A DNA stretch of 64,000 bases from assembly GCA_030740155.1 (NCBI GenBank), contig JASLXV010000069.1, positions 1 to 64,000 of the forward strand, written 5' to 3'. Shown piece by piece: positions 58,426 to 64,000 of this stretch. The translations under genes were made by a program, and so were the position numbers. Source of the stretch: Dehalococcoidia bacterium. GTDB lineage: Bacteria > Chloroflexota > Dehalococcoidia > Lucifugimonadales > UBA3495. The notes under the pieces are model-generated. The model was not told where the DNA came from, did not search any database, and was given only the letters and a program-made list of their open reading frames with translations. Within the stretch, counting starts at the first letter, position 1. The number at the start of each line of letters is the position of its first letter.

Positions 58426-61400
58426 TTACCGAGAGGCGATCTCCCGCTCCAGCCGGTCGATGTCATCTGGAGTCAGGTTGAAGTACTTGGCGTCGTGATG
58501 GTGGAATACCAGAGCCGAGACCGACGCCTCCGGGTCCATCATAAACCCTTCGGTCAACTCCACGCCGGTATTGGCGGTGACATCCAGCAGGCGGAAGAGG
58601 GTCTCCTGGTTCTCCAGACGGGGGCAGGCGGGGTAGCCGAAGGAGTAGCGCCGGCCTCGGTACTGGGTGCGGAACAGGTCCCGGTGGGGGGTGCCCGCGG
58701 GGTCGCCGAAGCCCCACATCTGGCGAATCTGCTGGTGGAGCAGCTCGGCGAACCCTTCCGCGCACTCCAACGCCAGGGCCTGGAGGATGTGAGAGTCCAG
58801 GAACCGGCCCTCTCCCTTCAGGCGCTCCGACAGCTCCAAAACCCCCGGCCCTATCGAGGTGACGAACATAGCCACGTAGTCCATCTCCAAAGTCTCCCCT
58901 CTCCCCCCGGGAGAGGGGCCGGGGGTGAGGGCTTTCGGCAGCACGTAGTCGGTCAGACAAAGCCCTTCCCGCTGGGACTGGCGGCCAAAGTAGAAGCTCC
59001 CCAGGATCGTCCGGCCATCGGGCCCGTAGAGCAGCAGGCGTTGCTCGTCGGCCTGACAGGGGAAGAACTTGAACACCCCGGTGGCGCCGATGTCGCTGCT
59101 GGCCAGAACGATCTCTTCGACGCCGCGCACCGCATCGCGCAGCTCCTGGGCCGCGGGGTCCCCGGCGGCCAGGGCGTCGGCAAAACGGCCTTTGAAACCC
59201 AGGTGGCGGCCGTAGAGCATCTGGGGGTTGATGTACGGAAAGATTTGCTCCAGGTCGAAGTCGCGCAGCACGTGAAGCCGCAGGTCCGGCGGATTTGGAA
59301 CCGGGAAGTCGTGCCGCACTCGGGCCGGCGGCGCCGCGGGAAGCGCACCGCTCTCGTCGCGAGAACGGGCGAGACGACCTTCTTTCAACAACGCCGATGT
59401 CTCGGCATCGAGGGCCGCGGCCAGCTTCTGGCGCTCGTCGGCCTCCTGAATGGTATTGGCCAGGCTCAGCCCCGACATGGCGTCGGGCGCGTAGGCCACC
59501 AGGTCCCCGTGTTCCGGCGCGATGCGCAGTCGGGTGAACCGGTTGGAGAGAGCGGCGCCGCCCACCAGGAGGGGGCAGACAACCCCCGCCTGCCGGAAGT
59601 CGCGCACCGTTTCCACCATCATCTGGGCTGACTTGACCAGCAGGCCCGAGAGGCCGATCATATCGGGCCGGTGCTCCTGATACGCGTCGATCAACTCCTG
59701 GGGCAATACCTTGATGCCCAGGTTGATTACCCGGTACCCGTTGTTGGAGAGGATGATGTCCACCAGGTTCTTGCCGATGTCGTGGACATCGCCCTTCACC
59801 GTTGCCAGGACCACCTTTCCCCTGGCGGCGCTCTCGGCCCGCTCCATGTGGGGCTCCAGATGGGACACGGCAAACTTCATCGACTCGGCGGACTGGAGCA
59901 CCTCGGCGACGATCAACTGGTTGTCGTTGAACTGCCGTCCCACCTCCGTCATTCCCGCCATCAATGGGCCGTTGATAATTTCCAGCGGCCCCCGGTCCCC
60001 CAGGGCTTCTTCCAGGTCTTGGGCCAGGCCTTCCTTGGTGCCTTCGACGATGGCCAGGGCCAGGCGCTGGTCTAGGGGGAGGTCGCGCCGCTCCTCGTTG
60101 GTAGCCTTGGGGGCTTTGTCCCTGAAGTGAGCGACGAATGCCGCCAACGGGTCTTCGCCCTGGTTCCAGATAAGGTCTTCTGAGAGTTCCCGCTCTTCCT
60201 CGGGGATGACCGGGTACCGCTTTAGCAACTCCGGGTTGACTATGGCCATGTCCAACCCGGCCTGAACGCAGTGATACAGGAACACCGAGTTGAGCACTTC
60301 CCGGCCGGCCGGAGGCAGCCCAAACGAGACGTTGGAGACACCGAGGATCGTTTTACACTCGGGCAAAGCTTCTTTTATGAGGCGGACACCCTCGACGGTC
60401 TCCAGGGCGGACCCGATGTAGCTCCGGTCTCCGGTGCCCGCCGGGAAGACCAGGGGGTCGAAGATGATGTCCTCCGCGAGCACGCCGTACCGCTCGGTCA
60501 AGAGCCCAAAGGACCGCACCGCGATGTCCAGCTTGCGCTGGCGGGTAATGGCCTGGGCCTGCTCTCTGTCCTCGTCGATACACCCCACCACCAACGCCGC
60601 GCCATACCGGCGGGCCAGGGGCACCACGGCTTGGAACCGGGCTTCGCCGTCTTCGAGGTTGATGGAGTTGATGACCGACTTGCCCTGCAACCGCTTGAGG
60701 GCCTCTTCGATGACCCTTTCATCGGTGGAGTCGATCATGACCGGCACTTTAATCTTCTTGGTCAGCAGGTCAAGAAACGCGATCATGTCGGCGGCCTCAT
60801 CTCGGTCCGGGTCCTGGAGGCACACGTCAAGCACGTGGGCCCCGTTGCGGACCTGGCGGCGTCCGACCTCGGCGGCCTCTTCGGTCGCGCCCTGGGCGAT
60901 TAGCCGGCGGAAACGCCGGCTGCCCAGCACGTTGGTGCGTTCACCGACCAGTAGCGGACGCGCGTCTTGGTCGACCACCAGGGCTTCGATACCGGACAGA
61001 CGGGTCTCCCGGTTCCCGGCCGGCTCTCTGATGCGCTTGCCGGCCGCCAGTTGGGACAGCAGGCGGATGTGCTCGGTGCCGGTGCCGCAGCAACCGCCCA
61101 GCACGTTGACCCAGCCGGCGTCCACGAACCGGCCCAAGGAGCGTGCCAGCATCTCGGGTGTCTCGTTGTAGTTTCCGTCCTCATCGGGAAGGCCGGCGTT
61201 GGGGACGCACGACACCGGGAACCGGGACAGCCCGGCCAGGGTGCGGATGTGGTCGGTCATGAACTCCGGGCCGGTGGCGCAGTTGAAGCCAGTCCAGAGC
61301 AGGTCCCGGTGGGCCAGGGAGGTGTAGAAGGCTTCCGCGTCCTGGCCCGCCAGAAGGGTACCCATGGGCTCGATGGTCCCCTGCACCGCCACGGGAATCG

Positions 61401-61980
61401 TTCTGCCCAGCTCAGCGAAGGCCTGGTCGATGCCCTCCAGCCCTGCCTTGACGTTGAGGGTGTCCTGGCTGGTCTCCAGGATCAGGACATCCACGCCGCC
61501 CTCTGTCAGCCCGGCCGCCTGTTGACGGTAATCCTCGGCAAGCTCGTCGAAGGTGATGCCGCCGGTCACGGAGATGGACTTGGTGGTCGGCCCCATGGAC
61601 CCGGCCACGAACCGGGGCTTATCGGCGGTGCTGGCCGCATCGGCCAAACGCCGGGCCAGTTGGGCTGCCTCCCGGTTGATGCGGCGGGCCTCGTGGGCCA
61701 GGCCATACTCGGCCAGGACCACGGCGGTAGCTCCGAAGGTATTGGTCTCCAGGATGTCGGCCCCGGCGTCCAGAAACTCCTGGTGAATCTCCGCTATGAC
61801 ATCGGGCCGGGTGATCACCAGGTACTCGTTACAGCTTTCGAATTCCGTGCCGCCAAAATCGTCCGGGCCCAGGCTGCGGTCTTGGATCGACGTTCCCATG
61901 GCGCCGTCCATAACCAGAATCCGTTTCCGGAGTGAGGTTTTCAGGGCGTCGATTCGATTGTGATGGTCCATAAACTTCAT
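58426..61980 (-). CDS. metH: Cobalamin-dependent methionine synthase
   Basis: DGAMGT, NCATGP, GGCCGT, GERTN, DVHDIGKN (B12-binding), RYSFGYPACP. Confidence 0.97.
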   Translation of the reverse strand: MKFMDHHNRIDALKTSLRKRILVMDGAMGTSIQDRSLGPDDFGGTEFESCNEYLVITRPDVIAEIHQEFLDAGADILETNTFGATAVVLAEYGLAHEARRINREAAQLARRLADAASTADKPRFVAGSMGPTTKSISVTGGITFDELAEDYRQQAAGLTEGGVDVLILETSQDTLNVKAGLEGIDQAFAELGRTIPVAVQGTIEPMGTLLAGQDAEAFYTSLAHRDLLWTGFNCATGPEFMTDHIRTLAGLSRFPVSCVPNAGLPDEDGNYNETPEMLARSLGRFVDAGWVNVLGGCCGTGTEHIRLLSQLAAGKRIREPAGNRETRLSGIEALVVDQDARPLLVGERTNVLGSRRFRRLIAQGATEEAAEVGRRQVRNGAHVLDVCLQDPDRDEAADMIAFLDLLTKKIKVPVMIDSTDERVIEEALKRLQGKSVINSINLEDGEARFQAVVPLARRYGAALVVGCIDEDREQAQAITRQRKLDIAVRSFGLLTERYGVLAEDIIFDPLVFPAGTGDRSYIGSALETVEGVRLIKEALPECKTILGVSNVSFGLPPAGREVLNSVFLYHCVQAGLDMAIVNPELLKRYPVIPEEERELSEDLIWNQGEDPLAAFVAHFRDKAPKATNEERRDLPLDQRLALAIVEGTKEGLAQDLEEALGDRGPLEIINGPLMAGMTEVGRQFNDNQLIVAEVLQSAESMKFAVSHLEPHMERAESAARGKVVLATVKGDVHDIGKNLVDIILSNNGYRVINLGIKVLPQELIDAYQEHRPDMIGLSGLLVKSAQMMVETVRDFRQAGVVCPLLVGGAALSNRFTRLRIAPEHGDLVAYAPDAMSGLSLANTIQEADERQKLAAALDAETSALLKEGRLARSRDESGALPAAPPARVRHDFPVPNPPDLRLHVLRDFDLEQIFPYINPQMLYGRHLGFKGRFADALAAGDPAAQELRDAVRGVEEIVLASSDIGATGVFKFFPCQADEQRLLLYGPDGRTILGSFYFGRQSQREGLCLTDYVLPKALTPGPSPGGRGETLEMDYVAMFVTSIGPGVLELSERLKGEGRFLDSHILQALALECAEGFAELLHQQIRQMWGFGDPAGTPHRDLFRTQYRGRRYSFGYPACPRLENQETLFRLLDVTANTGVELTEGFMMDPEASVSALVFHHHDAKYFNLTPDDIDRLEREIASR
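58896..58932 (-). repeat. Palindromic element inserted in-frame within metH
   Basis: Encodes ALTPGPSPGGRG between LTDYVLPK and ETLEMDYVAMF. Confidence 0.85.
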
Positions 61981-62005
61981 TTCCCAACGGTATTTATGCT
62001 ATCCC

Positions 62006-62014
62006 ATTGTAACA
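62006..62014 (-). promoter_or_regulatory. Extended -10 element upstream of metH
   Basis: TG-T-TACAAT about 25 nt before the start codon. Confidence 0.45.
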
Positions 62015-62164
62015 CCAGCAGGCGCCGAGAATGGGCGCCGCCCAGACGGAAAAGCCGCGACCAGGCAACCACCCCAGGCCTAGGCCGGATGGCCTGGGTA
62101 GCCCCTGAAAGCGTTTGCATCTCCCAGCCGGCTTGGACATCTAACCCTTGGTTTTGGCGGCTGG

Positions 62165-62827
62165 GTCACCTATTGCGTGGGCAATGCCGCGTTGGACGGT
62201 GCGGTCCAGCTCAAAGAGGCCATCCTCGCCACGGCGTCCTAGATGCTGGAGAGACCCCCGGAGGCGCTCGAGCTGAAGGATGGACGGGTGGCCCTATCGA
62301 CAGGCCCCAGCGCCCCCCCCGGTTACGGTCTCCCCGACTCAGGTGGCCCAGGCCAGGCGTTCGGCGAGCCTCCCCCTTAGCTTTGACGGAATCTTCGACG
62401 CCACCCCGCTGATCCACGAGCTGGAGACCGGAGAGCCCAATCCCTTCCCGGTGTACGTCTCCGCCACCCATCTGGCGGAGGTGGAGGTGGACATCGAGCG
62501 GGGGCTCGTGCGGGTGATCCGGATAGTTGCCGCCCACGACGTCGGAAAGGCCGTCCTTCCTCTGGGGCCGAAGGGCCGATAGAAGGGGCGATCGCCATGG
62601 AGCAAGGGTTCGCCCTCAAAGAGGAGTTCCGTCCGGGCGAGACGATAGGCTTCAAACAGTACCGCATCATCACCGCACGGGAGGTCCCCGAGGTGGTAAT
62701 AAAGCTGGTGGAGTTGGTGGACCCCACGGCGGGACTCGGAGCCACGGGGGTCCGCGTACACGATCTCCCCGCTACGCCGCCTCGCCTGCAGGCCTTACTA
62801 GCTTCCCAAAGCATTCCGCTTTCTTGA
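62165..62827 (+). pseudogene. Remnant of a xanthine dehydrogenase-family molybdopterin-binding subunit (C-terminal part)
   Basis: TYCVGNAA...LKEAIL, AEVEVDIERGLVRV..VAAHDVGKA, IEGAIAM..GFALKE, HDLPATP are spread over several frames, with a TAG at 62240 and frameshifts. Confidence 0.8.
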
Positions 62828-62899
62828 AGGGGTCGAGGGGGAACTTCTATTGCGGAAGAAGTTCCCCTTGGGCTTCCCCAGACGCTAACCCGCGCTCAC

Positions 62900-64000
62900 T
62901 TACCGCCCCAGCCACACACCCACCGCCTCCCGGTTTCGCTCCAGCCACTTGATGTTCAGCCGTATTCGCTCCAGGGCCTGCCGGATGGTGCGCTCGGCGG
63001 CCGGGGTTGGATGCTCGGCGAAGAAGGTTTCCACGTCGGCCAGCTTCCCGGAACTGGCGAAGTTACCGCAGATGGAGACCAACCGCATCAGGCCGAAGCC
63101 GCCACTGCCGTAGCGCCGGTCGAACTCGGGCCAGTTGTCTTTGACGAACTCCCAGGCCAGGTCCCGGCCCTGCCGGTTGGCGCCGACTCCGGTCACGACG
63201 AAGATGGCGTCCTGGGAGCGCACGTCAGAGGTCAGCGCGCGTTTCAGGGTCTCCAGCAACAGCTCCTGATCGCTGAACCGGGTGACGGCCATCAGCAGCC
63301 GCATCTTCTCCTCCTGGAGGGTGGCCTCCTTCTCCAGCTTCCAGAGTTGGTCATAGGTGGTACGGTCACCGGTCTGCCCGGCCAGGCTGAAGACCGCGCC
63401 CCTGATATCGGGATGCACGTTGCCCGGGTCGGTCAAGAACCGGGCGAAACGGTCCCTGGCCTGGCTCAGCACTTCGGTATCCTCGTAGCTGCCCGCCTGG
63501 CTCAACACGGTGCTGCGCAACAGGGCGTCCAGGTGCCCTTCGCCGGGCCGGGCATCCCATCCCGCCCGCTCGACCGCCGGACGGAAGATGGCCCGGGCGA
63601 AGGCCACGAAGGCGTCATGGCTCGGGTCGTCGGCCAGGAGCCCATCGATGTCCCGCAGGTTGCTGGAGAGGTCTCCCCACACCGAGGCGTCCACCTCGCT
63701 TCCGTAGGCTTGGGCCAGGGATAGGAACTGGGTCACGGGCAGCAGCCCCGCCCGGGAGAGGGAGTAGGCGTCATTCTGGACCCCCAGCCGGTCGGGCGCC
63801 GGAAGCTCCAGAGACCTGATGGCGGGGACCAGCCGTTCCCAGTCCTCGGTTTGATAGTTCACCCGGAAGAAGCCGGTCTGATCAGGGTTGACCTTGAACC
63901 AACGGCCCGCTTCTCCCTTTTCTTTGGTCAAGCCCGGCAGGGGCAGCCGCGCCTGCCGGCTGTCCATCAAGAGGGAAGCCGGTTCAGCGGCGCCGGTGTA
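62900..64000 (-). CDS. M1 family aminopeptidase, C-terminal ERAP1-like region (5' part outside window)
   Basis: WFKVNPDQTGFFRVNY, DRLGVQNDAY, AWEFVKDNW, QALERIRLNIKW. Confidence 0.88.
   Translation of the reverse strand, partial: YTGAAEPASLLMDSRQARLPLPGLTKEKGEAGRWFKVNPDQTGFFRVNYQTEDWERLVPAIRSLELPAPDRLGVQNDAYSLSRAGLLPVTQFLSLAQAYGSEVDASVWGDLSSNLRDIDGLLADDPSHDAFVAFARAIFRPAVERAGWDARPGEGHLDALLRSTVLSQAGSYEDTEVLSQARDRFARFLTDPGNVHPDIRGAVFSLAGQTGDRTTYDQLWKLEKEATLQEEKMRLLMAVTRFSDQELLLETLKRALTSDVRSQDAIFVVTGVGANRQGRDLAWEFVKDNWPEFDRRYGSGGFGLMRLVSICGNFASSGKLADVETFFAEHPTPAAERTIRQALERIRLNIKWLERNREAVGVWLGR

Noticed and set aside
61981..62160. SAM or cobalamin riboswitch upstream of metH
   Set aside because: No consensus elements seen, and a probable -10 lies only about 25 nt before the start.
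1..64000. tRNA, rRNA, integrase or transposase genes
   Set aside because: No cloverleaf, rRNA-like stretch or recombinase motif found by eye. tRNAscan-SE and cmscan would be needed to exclude them.

Overview
This is a GC-rich bacterial chromosomal segment with about 50 genes, mostly catabolic paralog families: SDRs, enoyl-CoA hydratases, thiolases, acyl-CoA dehydrogenases, family III CoA-transferases, TPP enzymes, VOC, NIPSNAP and fold-type III PLP enzymes. It also carries ggt, recQ, fhs, metH, an ABC-F protein and a two-component cluster. The gene content and intergenic repeat style suggest Chloroflexota (Dehalococcoidia/SAR202-like), which is an inference. I saw no rRNA, tRNA, CRISPR array, integrase or transposase. 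Highlights: (1) a self-contained two-gene unit (own promoter, RBS, terminator) encoding a divergent tubulin-like (Tubulin_2-type) protein with altered nucleotide-binding loops plus an in-frame 527-aa partner of unknown function; (2) a UGSC-motif selenoprotein split by the ORF track, with a SECIS-like hairpin, in a four-gene operon; (3) tandem paralog pairs in which one copy appears to have lost its catalytic residue; (4) a PD-(D/E)XK nuclease gene bracketed by a duplicated gene 3' end; (5) a palindromic intergenic repeat inserted in-frame inside metH; (6) a uORF plus terminator leader upstream of an MFS gene; (7) several frameshift or nonsense lesions. All protein calls come from motif recognition by eye, not database searches.
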